A stretch of 64,000 nucleotides of DNA from Synechococcales cyanobacterium OTE_75_metabat_409 (GCA_031378405.1 JANNEH010000124.1:186-64185), one strand, 5' to 3'. Numbered from the stretch's first letter, positions 38,352 to 50,781 are shown. The notes: generated by a model not told the origin, from the sequence alone. A program made the numbers and translations.

Positions 38352-39227
38352 ATGTCCGAAAGAAATTTTGCTGCTGCTTATACCGAAAATCGACGAATCC
38401 GAGAAATCGAGGCTTTCCGGCCATTAGAAAGCCATATCAAAATAGCCAAGCGCGAAAAAATATTAATGTTGACATTGGTGACAAAGCAAGATCTATGGTG
38501 GCAAAGTCGGGAGCAAGTAAAAGAACATTACCAAAATGGAGAATACAGCCAATTCATTAACAACATTTTATTGAAAAAAGGATCAGATAGTTTTCAGCAT
38601 GAATATCTCTATGAAACCAAAGAGCTGCATGATGCCAATGCTTTCATATCTCTTTTGAAAGATTGTACAAAAGAAAAAATACGTATAACCAAAGAAATTC
38701 GCAATTCTCACTATCAGCTTTATACAATCCTGTTGACTGGACTTTTTACGGCAATTTTATCTTACAATTTTTATCGTTCATCTCTGTCAAGACCGATACA
38801 ATTAACTTCAGCACATCTCCTGTTTTCAGTAGCTTTAGTTATCTTGCTTTTCAGTTTTCCACTTTTGTACCTACCAACTAAACCAAAGAGCTTTTTAGCG
38901 GTTTCTAATCATTTCCGGAAAAGACTAGTGATTTTCTGTTGGTCAGTTTTTGGGATGTGTTTTTTATCATTTCTTACTATTCTAGGATCATCTATGTATG
39001 CTAGTATGTTGATACTAATTACATTTATTTTGACTTTTGTGTTTATCCGAAGATTACAAAATATGTACAGTGAAATGAAAGTAATTGATTACAACTTGGC
39101 TAAAGTCATCCGATCGACTTCACAGTTTAGAGAGCATATTGCAAGTGTTTTTGTTACAAAGATCAAATTAGAAGTAACACTGACAACAGCAGAAGATGCA
39201 TTAGAAAACCCTCGCTTGTATTTCTAA
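38352..39227 (+). CDS. continuation of the GTPase (G4 TKQD) plus a four-TM C-terminal domain
   Basis: The ATG follows the TGA at 38349-38351 directly. LVTKQD lies at nt 38481-38492, followed by four hydrophobic helices. The DNA is AT-rich from about 38560. Confidence 0.55.
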   Translation: MSERNFAAAYTENRRIREIEAFRPLESHIKIAKREKILMLTLVTKQDLWWQSREQVKEHYQNGEYSQFINNILLKKGSDSFQHEYLYETKELHDANAFISLLKDCTKEKIRITKEIRNSHYQLYTILLTGLFTAILSYNFYRSSLSRPIQLTSAHLLFSVALVILLFSFPLLYLPTKPKSFLAVSNHFRKRLVIFCWSVFGMCFLSFLTILGSSMYASMLILITFILTFVFIRRLQNMYSEMKVIDYNLAKVIRSTSQFREHIASVFVTKIKLEVTLTTAEDALENPRLYF

Positions 39228-39250
39228 CTTATGTTTGTTGGTAGAGAATA

Positions 39251-40597
39251 CTACTTGCATTGCAATTGCAACTTACTAATCCACTGGAATCGGAAATAAT
39301 AAGTTATCGCCGCCACCTGTACCCCCAAACATTGCCCCATCCATAAACCTACCGCTCCCCATTGTAAATAAAATCCCCATAAATAAGCAAACACCAACCC
39401 CACACACCAAAAAGCTATAAAACCCAACAGCATCGGTGTTCGGACATCTTGCAAACCCCGTAAAGCCCCAACCACAGTTGTTTGAATACCATCACCAATC
39501 TGCATTACCCCAGCTATCCGCAAAAGCTGAATGGCTAAATCAATTGTTTCCTGGTTTTTCGGAATATCTAAGTTTAAATATAAACCAATGATCGATCGCG
39601 GAAACCACAACATGACCATCGCTGTTATCGACATATATGAAATACTAAGGCATAGTGATACTTTGCTTGATCTCCTCACTCCTAGCCAATCCTTTTGTCC
39701 CAAATACTGTCCCACCCGCACCGTCGTCGCCATTGAGATACCCAACGGCACCATAAAAGTAATTACTGTAGTTTGAAACACAATTTGGTTAGCCGCCAAA
39801 GCCGCTGCCCCAAAAGATCCCATTAAATATGTCACGGTAGTAAACAATCCAACTTCTAGAGCAAAACCTACTGCCAGTGGCCAACCCATTTGTAGAATAC
39901 GGCGAAGAATAGGTACATTCAAGGGCATTCGCCAAGTGACAGAGCCCTTACCGGGTAAATGCCAGATTAAATGAACAATTAAAATGATCAGCATTAGCCA
40001 TTGACTAACGACACTCGCGATCGCCAATCCAGCCAAACCCAGAGCCGGAAAACCAAAATTACCAAAGCCCAAAGTATAGTTGCCAATACAATTAGCGATC
40101 GTCCCTACAACTATTGCAATCGTAACCACCTGTGGAGCCGAAACGATCGTCACTACACTCTTGAGCATGGCAAAAGTCAAGGCAGGCAAAAAGCCCCCAG
40201 CCATAATTCGCAGGTAAACGCGGGCTTCCGCCACTACTTCAGGCTGTTGGCCAACCATTAAATCTGGTAAAAACCACACGAGCAGAGTGCCGCCGATCGA
40301 CACCAACCCTGCTAGCCACCACCCCTGCTGAGTGAGAGATGTGGAGAGCGATCGATCGCCAGCCCCCTGAGCGGCAGCCAATAAAGGCGTAAGACCCAAG
40401 ACTAAACCCGAAGAAACAATTAGCACCATCATCAATAGCGATGCTGCTAAGCCGCCACCGGCCAAGATAGTTGGACCCAACCAGCCCATCATCAGGGTAT
40501 CCACAAAACCTGTGGCTGATTGTGCTAATTGGGCACCAGCTAAAGGAATTGCAAGTTTAATAAATTCCCTGGCTTCTGCTTTGAGAGTAACAGCCAT
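39251..40597 (-). CDS. MATE family efflux transporter
   Basis: 448 aa, 12 TM, with N-terminal EFIKLAIPLAGAQLAQSATGFVDTLMMG, typical of NorM/DinF-type MATE proteins. Confidence 0.85.
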   Translation of the reverse strand: MAVTLKAEAREFIKLAIPLAGAQLAQSATGFVDTLMMGWLGPTILAGGGLAASLLMMVLIVSSGLVLGLTPLLAAAQGAGDRSLSTSLTQQGWWLAGLVSIGGTLLVWFLPDLMVGQQPEVVAEARVYLRIMAGGFLPALTFAMLKSVVTIVSAPQVVTIAIVVGTIANCIGNYTLGFGNFGFPALGLAGLAIASVVSQWLMLIILIVHLIWHLPGKGSVTWRMPLNVPILRRILQMGWPLAVGFALEVGLFTTVTYLMGSFGAAALAANQIVFQTTVITFMVPLGISMATTVRVGQYLGQKDWLGVRRSSKVSLCLSISYMSITAMVMLWFPRSIIGLYLNLDIPKNQETIDLAIQLLRIAGVMQIGDGIQTTVVGALRGLQDVRTPMLLGFIAFWCVGLVFAYLWGFYLQWGAVGLWMGQCLGVQVAAITYYFRFQWISKLQLQCK

Positions 40598-40599
40598 AA

Positions 40600-42072
40600 T
40601 TAGGCCGCCAAGGCCGCCTGTAAACGCGGAATTGCCAAGTGATGTTGATGTAACAAGATGAGCGATTGAATCAAGTCAGGGCCATGAACTTCGCCCGTAA
40701 GAGCAGCCCGTAAACTGCGCATCACCATGCCTTTTTTTACCCCCCGCTCCTTGGTGACTCGATCGAGCAATCCTTTCGCCCCATTTTCATCAATCTCTAA
40801 CATCTCAGCTAGCGCTGTTTGCAAACTAGTTAAGATATCTTTGACCCCATCTTGACCCAGTTGAGCAATGGCCTCTTCACCCAAAGTTGGATTGGCAGTA
40901 AAGAAAGTACGACTGATTTCTACACCGCCTTGGGTAGTGATGCCAGTTTTTTCTTCTAAGCCCCCCTTGAGAGTTTCTAAACTTGGGCCAATTAAAGTAG
41001 CAAGGCGCAGTAACCAAGGTCGATCGCCAGCCACATCCACTTGATAACCAGCGGCTTGCCAGAAGGGAACCAATTCTGGCAATAATTCCTCTGGGGTCAT
41101 TTTGTGCAGATACTGACTGTTCACCCAGTTCAGCTTATCCCAGTCAAACTTAGCACCGGCCTTGTTGACTCGATCGAAACTAAACTGCACGGCAGCTTCA
41201 TCTAAGCTAAAAATTTCCTGAGCATCAGGAGCCGACCAACCCAGTAAAGTCATGTAGTTGGTTAAAGCACCAGCCACATAACCCATGTCTTTAAAATCCC
41301 AGATCGAAGTCACGCCATCCCGTTTGGAGAGCTTTTTGCCAGCAGGACTCAAAATCAGTGGTGTATGAGAAAACTCTGGAATCGTTGCTCCCAAGCCTTC
41401 ATACAACAAAATTTGCTTAGCAGTATTGGCAATATGATCTTCACCACGAATTACTTGGGTAATTTTCATATCAATGTCATCAATCACCACCGCTAAGTTA
41501 TACAGTGGTTGACCCACGCCATCTTGAGCGGCACGGGCAATTACCATATCTCCACCCAAGTCGCTGCCCTGCCAGGAGACTTTACCGCGCACGGCATCGA
41601 CCCAGCTAATTTCACGCTGGTCATCGATTATGAAGCGGATCACTGGTTGACGACCCGCAGCCACGAATTCGGCTTCTTGCTCGGGGGTGAGGTGACGATG
41701 GCGGTTGTCGTAGCGAGGAGCGGCACCACGGGCTTCTTGGGTGGCGCGGAGTTCGTCTAGTTCTGTGCTGCTGGTGTAACAGCGGTAGGCTAGCTTATTG
41801 TCGAGTAGTTTTTGGATGCCTTGGCGGTAGAGATCTAGTCGATCGGATTGAGCAAAAGGGCCTTCATCCCAATTTAAGCCCAGCCACTTCAGGCCATCCA
41901 GAATATTTTGGGTGTATGCGGCTTTCGATCGCTCAATGTCTGTATCTTCGATCCGCAGAATGAATTGGCCACCGTGGTGGTGGGCATAGAGCCAGTTGAA
42001 TACTGCTGTGCGGGCGGTGCCAATGTGGAGGTTGCCGGTGGGGCTAGGAGCGATGCGAACTCTGACTGTCAC
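40600..42072 (-). CDS. gltX: glutamate--tRNA ligase
   Basis: [17 protein letters not shown] (HIGH motif) and KLSKR (KMSKS motif). Confidence 0.95.
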   Translation of the reverse strand: MTVRVRIAPSPTGNLHIGTARTAVFNWLYAHHHGGQFILRIEDTDIERSKAAYTQNILDGLKWLGLNWDEGPFAQSDRLDLYRQGIQKLLDNKLAYRCYTSSTELDELRATQEARGAAPRYDNRHRHLTPEQEAEFVAAGRQPVIRFIIDDQREISWVDAVRGKVSWQGSDLGGDMVIARAAQDGVGQPLYNLAVVIDDIDMKITQVIRGEDHIANTAKQILLYEGLGATIPEFSHTPLILSPAGKKLSKRDGVTSIWDFKDMGYVAGALTNYMTLLGWSAPDAQEIFSLDEAAVQFSFDRVNKAGAKFDWDKLNWVNSQYLHKMTPEELLPELVPFWQAAGYQVDVAGDRPWLLRLATLIGPSLETLKGGLEEKTGITTQGGVEISRTFFTANPTLGEEAIAQLGQDGVKDILTSLQTALAEMLEIDENGAKGLLDRVTKERGVKKGMVMRSLRAALTGEVHGPDLIQSLILLHQHHLAIPRLQAALAA

Positions 42073-42085
42073 GGTGAGGTTTTGA

Positions 42086-43410
<1,325 letters not shown>

Positions 43411-43513
43411 CGCGTTATAATTCCCAAGTTACAGATCTTCAAATTGCAGATCTTTTTGTGGACTCAACATTACTTTAAATCCTACCCCTTATCGTCAACA
43501 CCCCCAAATTTCT

Positions 43514-44383
43514 ATGACCGTTAAACCTGAATGGCTGCGGGTGAAAGCTCCGCAAATGGAGCGGGTAGGCAAAGTCCAAGATATTCTGCGCGACCTGCAT
43601 CTCAATACGGTGTGCGAGGAAGCCTCTTGCCCCAATATTGGTGAATGTTTCCAAGCGGGCACTGCAACCTTTTTAATTATGGGTCCTGGTTGTACCAGAG
43701 CTTGCCCCTATTGCGATATTGATTTCAACAAAAAGCCCCCAGAACTAGACCCTGCCGAACCGCATCAGTTAGCTCTGGCCGTACAGAGATTAAAGCTAAA
43801 TCATGTGGTAATTACTTCCGTAAATCGCGATGATTTGCCCGATGGTGGAGCGACACAGTTTCTCCGCTGCATTGGTGCAGTGCGGGCATTGTCGCCCAGC
43901 ACCACGATCGAAGTATTAATCCCCGATATGTGTGGCAACTGGAACGCTCTAGAAATCATTCTGCGAGCTGCCCCCGAAGTGGTAAACCACAATACCGAGA
44001 CTGTCCCCCGGTTGTATCGCAAAGTAAGACCCCAAGGCAACTACCTGCGCAGCTTGGAAGTGATCAGCAAAACTCGCCAATTGGCTCCCAAGATTTATAC
44101 CAAGTCTGGCATAATGGTGGGCTTGGGTGAAACCGATGCCGAGGTGCGCCAAACCATGCAAGACCTACGGAATGCCCATTGTGATATTTTGACTATCGGT
44201 CAATATTTGCAACCTTCACCACATCATCTCCAAGTCGCTGAGTTTGTGACTCCAGAAAGATTTGCTGACTGGCAAGAATTTGGTAAATCGATCGGCTTTC
44301 TACAAGTAGTGTCTTCACCCTTAACTCGTAGTTCTTACCATGCCGAACAAGTGCGTGAACTAATGGTGCAAAACCCTCGCTAA
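43514..44383 (+). CDS. lipA: lipoyl synthase
   Basis: [12 protein letters not shown] and the radical-SAM motif CTRACPYC. Confidence 0.95.
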   Translation: MTVKPEWLRVKAPQMERVGKVQDILRDLHLNTVCEEASCPNIGECFQAGTATFLIMGPGCTRACPYCDIDFNKKPPELDPAEPHQLALAVQRLKLNHVVITSVNRDDLPDGGATQFLRCIGAVRALSPSTTIEVLIPDMCGNWNALEIILRAAPEVVNHNTETVPRLYRKVRPQGNYLRSLEVISKTRQLAPKIYTKSGIMVGLGETDAEVRQTMQDLRNAHCDILTIGQYLQPSPHHLQVAEFVTPERFADWQEFGKSIGFLQVVSSPLTRSSYHAEQVRELMVQNPR

Positions 44384-44384
44384 T

Positions 44385-45287
44385 ATGTTGCTGCCTTCTA
44401 CAATTATTGGTGCCGGAGCTTGGGGCAATGCCCTCGCTGGCTTAGTGCAATCGCCAGTGCAAGTGTGGTCGCGGTCATCTGCTACCCCTTTAACTACAGC
44501 AGTGACTGGCAGTGAGTTGGTGATCTCGGCAGTTTCTATGGCTGGAGTCAACGAAGTCGTCGATCGACTGCGCGATATTTTGACCCCCGAGCAAATTATT
44601 GTCACCACTACTAAGGGGCTTGATCTGGCGACTAATTTGACACCTGCCCAAATTTGGGCAGCAGCATTTCCCCACAACTCGATCGTGGTGTTATCGGGGC
44701 CAAATCTTTCGGCAGAAATTCAACTTGGCTTACCTGCTGCTACCGTAGTGGCGAGTGATGATCCTCAGGCTGCTAAAAAAGTACAGACAGCATTTTCTTC
44801 TAGTCAATTTCGGGTCTATACCAATGACGACCCCCTGGGGGTAGAGCTGGGTGGTACGGTGAAAAATGTGATGGCGATCGCTGCTGGTACTTGTGATGGC
44901 CTAGGCTTGGGCAGTAATGCCAAAGCGGGTTTGCTCACCCGAGGACTTGCTGAGATTGTCAGAATTGGCACCCATTGGGGCGCAGATCCCGAGACATTTT
45001 ATGGTCTCTCTGGTTTGGGTGATTTGCTGGCCACTTGTAGCAGTGCTTTGAGTCGCAATTATCAGGTAGGCTATGGTTTGGCTGAGGGTCGATCGCTCTC
45101 TGACATTCTTGCACAATTAGAAGGCACCGCCGAGGGTGTGAATACTACGAAAGTATTGATGCAAATTGCTCGTCAAAATCAGGTAGATTTACCTATTACC
45201 ATGATGGTCGATCGAACATTACAAGGCCAAATCACTCCGGCTGAAGCCTTAACCGCCTTAATGTTACGGGACAATCGCCCCGAGTAG
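44385..45287 (+). CDS. gpsA: NAD(P)H-dependent glycerol-3-phosphate dehydrogenase
   Basis: IIGAGAWGNALA...SGPNLSAEI...GGTVKNVMAIAAG...RNYQVG motifs. Confidence 0.9.
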   Translation: MLLPSTIIGAGAWGNALAGLVQSPVQVWSRSSATPLTTAVTGSELVISAVSMAGVNEVVDRLRDILTPEQIIVTTTKGLDLATNLTPAQIWAAAFPHNSIVVLSGPNLSAEIQLGLPAATVVASDDPQAAKKVQTAFSSSQFRVYTNDDPLGVELGGTVKNVMAIAAGTCDGLGLGSNAKAGLLTRGLAEIVRIGTHWGADPETFYGLSGLGDLLATCSSALSRNYQVGYGLAEGRSLSDILAQLEGTAEGVNTTKVLMQIARQNQVDLPITMMVDRTLQGQITPAEALTALMLRDNRPE

Positions 45288-45387
45288 ATATTTAAAATCA
45301 GGTTTATAATTAGCTAAATCCTCACTATTTAAGGAATGTGTGTTTTATGAGAAATTGGGCTGGAATACCCAATTTTAGACAATAAAT

Positions 45388-45684
45388 CTAAAACAACCGA
45401 TTACGCCACTTTTGGGGATCTTGGGAACAGTGAAAAACAGCGTAGATAGTAATACTGGTTTCCGAATTCTCATAAAAAAGGACATAAGGAAACCGTCGAA
45501 TCATGGCTCTTCGATAGTTTTGATGGACTACCGGGTACATTTCTTGGTTTCGTCGAATGAACTGAATACAAGCATCTACACAGCGAAGAAATTCTTCGCC
45601 CAAGCCAAGCTCTTGGCTTTCGTACCATTTATAAGCCTGAGCCACATCATCTTCGGCTTCAGGCAGAATAACAAAATTGCTCAT
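45388..45684 (-). CDS. RelE/ParE family toxin
   Basis: 98 aa (MSNFVILPEAEDDVAQAYKWYE...RRFPYVLFYENSETSITIYAVFH). The start is trimmed to the ATG at 45684. Confidence 0.75.
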   Translation of the reverse strand: MSNFVILPEAEDDVAQAYKWYESQELGLGEEFLRCVDACIQFIRRNQEMYPVVHQNYRRAMIRRFPYVLFYENSETSITIYAVFHCSQDPQKWRNRLF

Positions 45685-45685
45685 A

Positions 45686-45901
45686 CTAACTCTGACGAAT
45701 TCGTTCTTTAGCCGCTTCCCATGAACTTCCTGCATCGGGATTTTGCAAATGGGCAGCTTTTCGCCTAGCCAGTTCGTCCTTTTGCCAGTCCAACACCGGA
45801 ATTTGCTCAGGATTCAAAGCTATGCTATCCCATAAGTCTTCAAGAAGCTGTAATTTTTCTGAGACAGTTAGTTCAAAAACTTCAGTAAACGCTGCATTCA
45901 T
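45686..45901 (-). CDS. addiction-module antitoxin (partner of the ParE-type toxin)
   Basis: 71 aa (LTVSEKLQLLEDLWDSI...). It lies 1 nt upstream of the toxin start. Confidence 0.7.
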   Translation of the reverse strand: MNAAFTEVFELTVSEKLQLLEDLWDSIALNPEQIPVLDWQKDELARRKAAHLQNPDAGSSWEAAKERIRQS

Positions 45902-46284
45902 ACTGACCTCTTAAGTTTTTATATCGATCTGATTAGATTCTAAACTATGGTAGCGGGATTCCCAATAGTTGAAGGGTAAGCTTGATGACTCCTTTGGTGG
46001 CTTCGCCAACTGTGGTTTTGCCAGCCGTATCCATGCCCCATTTTACTACTTTGCCCATGACACCTGGGTTAGCTTATGTTTATGCTGCAAAATCGCTAGC
46101 TGCTTGTTTGGTGGCATCCTCTGGTGAAGCACCTTGGTTCTGCCGAATCCTCGCTGAGTCCACCATTACCCTGTTCGATCAGTACTGATAAGCATAAAAA
46201 GATAATTAGATTTATGAACCTTACTTAATTGTATAGAATCAATAGCCTTCTCACCAATACATCCTCTCGCAAGCTCAGGTCAAA

Positions 46285-47055
46285 CTATCGATCGCCTCTC
46301 TCCCCACCACCCCTCTCACCATCATCACCGTCCGGCAACTGCAACCTTTGTGGTTCTCTTTGAGGTAATTCTACCAACGGCAACTCCATCAACTCCAAAG
46401 CTGGCTCCAAAACCTGAGGAACTGCCACTTCCTGAGCAGTCAACGGCAACATAATCGGCTTCTCAACCCAATGACTGCTAATCGGCAACGTATTTTCCAA
46501 ATCATCCAACGGACGAGGAATCACCATCACCGCACTCAGCTCCCCAATCCGCTCCGCCTCAATCATCCCCGCTTCCACCGCGATCGCCACATCCGTCACC
46601 GCTCCCCGAATCACGATTGTACACAAACCCGCCCCAATTTTTTCGTAGGCCGCCACTTCAATATCTGCCGCCTTCATCATAATATCTGCCGCACCCACCA
46701 AAGCCACAAATCCCCTGGTTTCTAGCAGCCCGATCGCCGTATTTGCCAACTTATTGCGGCCATTCCCCCGCGTCAAAGCTGCCAACCTACTGCCGATCGG
46801 CAACACCGCCTCCAAATTCGGCAAAGGCCGAGGAATAATCGTACTGGAAATAGTCTGACCAAATTTTTCTGCCGTATCTAAACCTACCTCGATCGCAATC
46901 CGCACATTGGCGATCGTCCCCCGTACTACCGCATTACAGTAGCCATTACCAATCTTTTCATAGCCTACCAAAGTAACACCAGAAGATTTCAGCATCATAT
47001 CGGCAATACCCACGATCGCCGGAAAACTCTGGGTAGAAATAATGCCCAAAGCCAT
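46285..47055 (-). CDS. ccmO: carboxysome shell protein CcmO (tandem BMC domains)
   Basis: Two BMC domains (ALGIISTQSFPAIVGIADMMLK..., AIGLLETRGFVALVGAADIMMK...) plus a charged C-terminal tail. Confidence 0.9.
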   Translation of the reverse strand: MALGIISTQSFPAIVGIADMMLKSSGVTLVGYEKIGNGYCNAVVRGTIANVRIAIEVGLDTAEKFGQTISSTIIPRPLPNLEAVLPIGSRLAALTRGNGRNKLANTAIGLLETRGFVALVGAADIMMKAADIEVAAYEKIGAGLCTIVIRGAVTDVAIAVEAGMIEAERIGELSAVMVIPRPLDDLENTLPISSHWVEKPIMLPLTAQEVAVPQVLEPALELMELPLVELPQREPQRLQLPDGDDGERGGGERGDR

Positions 47056-47228
47056 GTCATTAAAATTATCTGGAGATTGCTGTTTAGCTGGAAGCACCTA
47101 TTACCTCGGTAATATCAATGACCAAAAGTATCAATGGCCAAGTCGCCAAGAAAAACGCCGACATAACCGCGCTTGCACCAATCATAACCCCTCGATCGAC
47201 AATCCCGCTGATTGCCCTTCATCCCCAA

Positions 47229-47822
47229 TCATCTTTGATTTCGCAAAGTCGCCAACAACCGTTCTAAACCGGCCTTACCGTATATTGGAGTATTGATCGA
47301 CAGGACGATCGGAGCGACAGGAATTGTGGGCACTGGTGGCAACGGCACTCCGACCGACTCTTTTGGATCAGATTGTTGAGGTTCATTGATCGCTGCTGAT
47401 ATTACTGGATCGCCAACTTCCTGGACCCTAACATCCTGCTCGGGATGAGCATTGGTATACTCAGTGGACAAGCTATAAGAATCAATTAAAGAATTTGGTG
47501 GAAGAACGGTGTTAGGAGCGATCGACACAGCAATTAAGCTACTATCTGCACCAATACAAGCTCGCTCTCCCACCTGGGTAGCACCAAAAACTAAGGTACC
47601 CATCCCCAAAATCACTCCATCTCCAATAAACAAAGTGCCAGTATGGGCGTGCAAAATACAACCTGCACCAATACAAGCACCAACTCCAATCACAAGTTGA
47701 CTACCTGGATCGGCATGTAACAAAACCCCACTAGCAATGTTTGCTGTTGGATGCACCGTTACATCGCCGCTGATCACAGCAGGACGATTGGGAGGTGGCA
47801 TAGCAACGGGCAAGGGAATCAT
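47229..47822 (-). CDS. ccmN: carboxysome assembly protein CcmN
   Basis: Left-handed beta-helix hexapeptide repeats, plus a C-terminal encapsulation-type peptide (YGKAGLERLLATLRNQR). The position between ccmM and ccmO also fits. Confidence 0.85.
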   Translation of the reverse strand: MIPLPVAMPPPNRPAVISGDVTVHPTANIASGVLLHADPGSQLVIGVGACIGAGCILHAHTGTLFIGDGVILGMGTLVFGATQVGERACIGADSSLIAVSIAPNTVLPPNSLIDSYSLSTEYTNAHPEQDVRVQEVGDPVISAAINEPQQSDPKESVGVPLPPVPTIPVAPIVLSINTPIYGKAGLERLLATLRNQR

Positions 47823-47916
47823 TGGCCTAGTGGGAGAGGAGGATCACATCATCAACAATACGGCTAGCCAGCCGCATCTACACAAATGCGGCTGGCCAGC
47901 CGCACTCACACACAGA

Positions 47917-49647
47917 CTACTTGGCTGGACGATGAATCATTTTCTCAGCAACCCGCTTCTTGGCTTTTTGGTCTACACCAATTACCCGGATGAAGGATTT
48001 TGGTCGCTCATTAATAATCGATTCCAAAGAACGGACGATCGCCGCAGCACTGTTACCAGCTACTTGACCACCGGTTTCCCAGGCATTGCTCCGGTAGCGA
48101 CGCTCATCAGCAAATTCAGTCATAATTACACAGCCTTGCGCAACTACCCGAGAGATAGTCTCTATTGCGTCTACCGAGAGAACTGCGCTGGTGGCACTGC
48201 CGCCACCGTAACTCTTGTTACTGCCACTGCCACCAGTGCTAAAGCTGTTGCTAGCACTACTAGTGTTGCTGGCCGCACCGATCGGTTGGCCAGGACGGTG
48301 TACTACTTTTTCCGAGACTCGTCTGCGAGCTTGTGGATCAATGCCGATTACTCGAACATAACCATCTGGATTGTTAGCAATACAGTCAGAAATCGCCCCT
48401 AAAATTGCCCCTTCAGACTGGGATTCAATCTGACCACAGCTAGTCCAAGAGCTAGTTTGGAAACGACGTTTATCAGCGCTTTCCACCCCGATTTTGCAGC
48501 CTTGATTAATTAACTGACGCACAGTCATTACCAACTCAGAACCAGCATTAGCGGTGCTAGCTGGAGCAGCACCGGAGGAGCTAAAAGAAGTACTGACACT
48601 GCGGATTTCTGATTGACCTGGTTGATCGTTAGGACGTTGAATAATAGTTTCTAATACCCGACGCTTGGCATTAACATCAATACCAATTAAGCGGACGTAC
48701 TCACCGCTATGCTCATGCAAGCAGGTTTCTAAGCTGCTTAGAATATCGCCTTCATTATTGGAATTAAACGGCGAGCAGCTCATCCAAGAACTAACTTGAA
48801 AGCGCCGCTTATCGGCATGTTCGGTGCCTACACGATAGCCCTGGGCGAGCAAACGGCGGACGTTGTTAATCACATCGGGGTGAAGTTTTAAATTATTACG
48901 GTTATACATAGTATTTAAGGTATCTATAGTTTCTGCATGAACTGGCAAATCTAGACCGGATGAATCCATCCCTGGCAAACCGGCAAGCGGTGTTGCAGGT
49001 TGATATGTTAAGTCATTAGCATTTTGCAGCGGAGTAATACATTCGATATCATCGGCGCAGCGATAGCCAGAGCGCAGAGAATCGTTAATGCTGATCACAT
49101 GAGAGGCAAACTTGCGATCGGCAGGTTGAACATCAGACAGTCGATCGGCTTGATGTTGAGAAGTAATGATCGATCCGGACGGGACAAATTTACCCGGCGG
49201 AATTTCCACGTCCTGAATCAGGGCGTGCATCATTACAATGCAACCATCATTGATTTTGGCGTTAAACACAGTAGAACGAAAGCCAATAAAGCAATCGTTA
49301 CCCACATAAGCTGGTCCATGAATCAGCGCCATGTGAGTTAAGGAAGTATCATTCCCCACCCAAACCGAGTAAGATTCGCCATCGTCTCCTACTACCCGAC
49401 CTTGCTCCAGACCGTGGATGACTACTCCATCCTGAATGTTGCTATTTGCACCAATTACAAAAGGAGTGCCTTCATCAGCCCGGATCGAAGTACCGGGCGC
49501 GATCATTACCTTCGCCCCAATGCGCACATCGCCAATGATGTTAGAAAAAGCATGGGCGTATGCGGTGGGGTGAATATCTGGCTCGGCTAAGCCGCTAGAC
49601 CACGGTGTGGGTGGAGCGGCGGCGGAGTTACTCCGGACTACCACCAT
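47917..49647 (-). CDS. ccmM: carboxysome scaffold protein CcmM (gamma-carbonic-anhydrase-like domain plus three RbcS-like repeats)
   Basis: N-terminal LbH/gamma-CA domain, then three repeats of the ...[23 protein letters not shown]... type. Confidence 0.9.
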   Translation of the reverse strand: MVVVRSNSAAAPPTPWSSGLAEPDIHPTAYAHAFSNIIGDVRIGAKVMIAPGTSIRADEGTPFVIGANSNIQDGVVIHGLEQGRVVGDDGESYSVWVGNDTSLTHMALIHGPAYVGNDCFIGFRSTVFNAKINDGCIVMMHALIQDVEIPPGKFVPSGSIITSQHQADRLSDVQPADRKFASHVISINDSLRSGYRCADDIECITPLQNANDLTYQPATPLAGLPGMDSSGLDLPVHAETIDTLNTMYNRNNLKLHPDVINNVRRLLAQGYRVGTEHADKRRFQVSSWMSCSPFNSNNEGDILSSLETCLHEHSGEYVRLIGIDVNAKRRVLETIIQRPNDQPGQSEIRSVSTSFSSSGAAPASTANAGSELVMTVRQLINQGCKIGVESADKRRFQTSSWTSCGQIESQSEGAILGAISDCIANNPDGYVRVIGIDPQARRRVSEKVVHRPGQPIGAASNTSSASNSFSTGGSGSNKSYGGGSATSAVLSVDAIETISRVVAQGCVIMTEFADERRYRSNAWETGGQVAGNSAAAIVRSLESIINERPKSFIRVIGVDQKAKKRVAEKMIHRPAK

Positions 49648-49698
49648 TATTTGAATCCTCCTTAATATAGGCGCACTACTTATTACCCAGTATCTTTA

Positions 49699-49998
49699 TC
49701 ACCCAGCATCTTTTTTGCTGTAGAGCGATCGACTGCCCAAATTAACGGTGTCGATAATCCCTACTACTGCTGCGTCTAAGGAACGGTCTTCATATCCAGA
49801 AACTTTTCGAGCAGCGCTACCAATACTGATCAACACCCACTCACCAATTCCTGCTCCCACTAAGTCAGCAGCCACCTCGTACTCGGGCAGCGTTTCGCCA
49901 TTTTCGTCCATGTACTGGACAAACAAAAGCTTGACGCTACCTAAACTAGGATCTTTGACTGTGCTAACGACCGTACCCAGAGCCTTCGCAATTCTCAT
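49699..49998 (-). CDS. ccmL: carboxysome vertex protein CcmL
   Basis: MRIAKALGTVVSTVKDPSL...; 99 aa, EutN/CcmL fold family. Confidence 0.9.
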   Translation of the reverse strand: MRIAKALGTVVSTVKDPSLGSVKLLFVQYMDENGETLPEYEVAADLVGAGIGEWVLISIGSAARKVSGYEDRSLDAAVVGIIDTVNLGSRSLYSKKDAG

Positions 49999-49999
49999 C

Positions 50000-50341
50000 T
50001 TAAGCGCGGCTCGACGGACGGATGCCGCTAACGCTTTCGCGGAAGGACTCTACTGCATCGGTGTAACGAATGGGCAGTACAAACTCTAAGTTTTCGTGAG
50101 GACGAGCAATAATGTGAGTGGAAAGCACTTGACCACCGTTTACCCGCTTGACGCTTTCTACGCCAGCAGCTACAGAGGCTTGCACTTCAGAAACGTCGCC
50201 GCGCACAATTACAGTAACGCGACCGCTACTGATCTTTTCGTAGCCGACCAAGGTAACACGAGCGGCCTTGACCATAGCATCAGCAGCTTCTACAACTGCG
50301 GGGAAACCAAGAGTTTCAATCATTCCAACGGCGATCGCCAT
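50000..50341 (-). CDS. ccmK: carboxysome shell protein CcmK (113 aa, C-terminally extended, CcmK1-like)
   Basis: [37 protein letters not shown]... (BMC domain). Confidence 0.9.
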   Translation of the reverse strand: MAIAVGMIETLGFPAVVEAADAMVKAARVTLVGYEKISSGRVTVIVRGDVSEVQASVAAGVESVKRVNGGQVLSTHIIARPHENLEFVLPIRYTDAVESFRESVSGIRPSSRA

Positions 50342-50410
50342 AGTTTTGCTCCAATTTTAGTTAGTTTAGCTTTTCAGATTTTGTGATTATTTCTATTAGC
50401 CAGTCAATCA

Positions 50411-50719
50411 TTACATCCGGAACTGTTCAACAGCTTCGGTGTAACGAATAGGCAATACAAATTCTAAGTTCTCGTGAGGACGAGCAATGATATGGGTGGA
50501 AATTACTTCGCCCCCATTGACACGCTTAGCAGATGCAACCCCAGCAGCAACCGAAGCTTGTACTTCAGATACGTCACCACGCACGATGACAATCACGCGG
50601 CCACTACCAATCTTTTCGTAGCCGACCAAAGTAACACGAGCGGCTTTAACCATCGCATCAGCGGCTTCTACTAGAGCTGGAAAGCCCAAGGTTTCAATCA
50701 TTCCAACGGCAACTGCCAT
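50411..50719 (-). CDS. ccmK: carboxysome shell protein CcmK (102 aa)
   Basis: BMC domain, nearly identical to its neighbours. Confidence 0.9.
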   Translation of the reverse strand: MAVAVGMIETLGFPALVEAADAMVKAARVTLVGYEKIGSGRVIVIVRGDVSEVQASVAAGVASAKRVNGGEVISTHIIARPHENLEFVLPIRYTEAVEQFRM

Positions 50720-50781
50720 AATTTCTACTCTATTTTTAACTTGTTAATTAGTTTAGCTGTATTCGAGAGGTTCTAATGCCC

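Noticed and set aside
45353-45374. Hairpin AATTGGG-ctggaata-CCCAATT after gpsA as a terminator.
   Set aside because: The stem is short and AT-rich, and the T-run is largely part of the stem. It is not convincing.
45982-46188. 68-aa ORF between the ParE pair and ccmO.
   Set aside because: Hydrophobic and low-complexity, with no ribosome-binding site and no recognisable domain. Minus-strand frames here are also broken.
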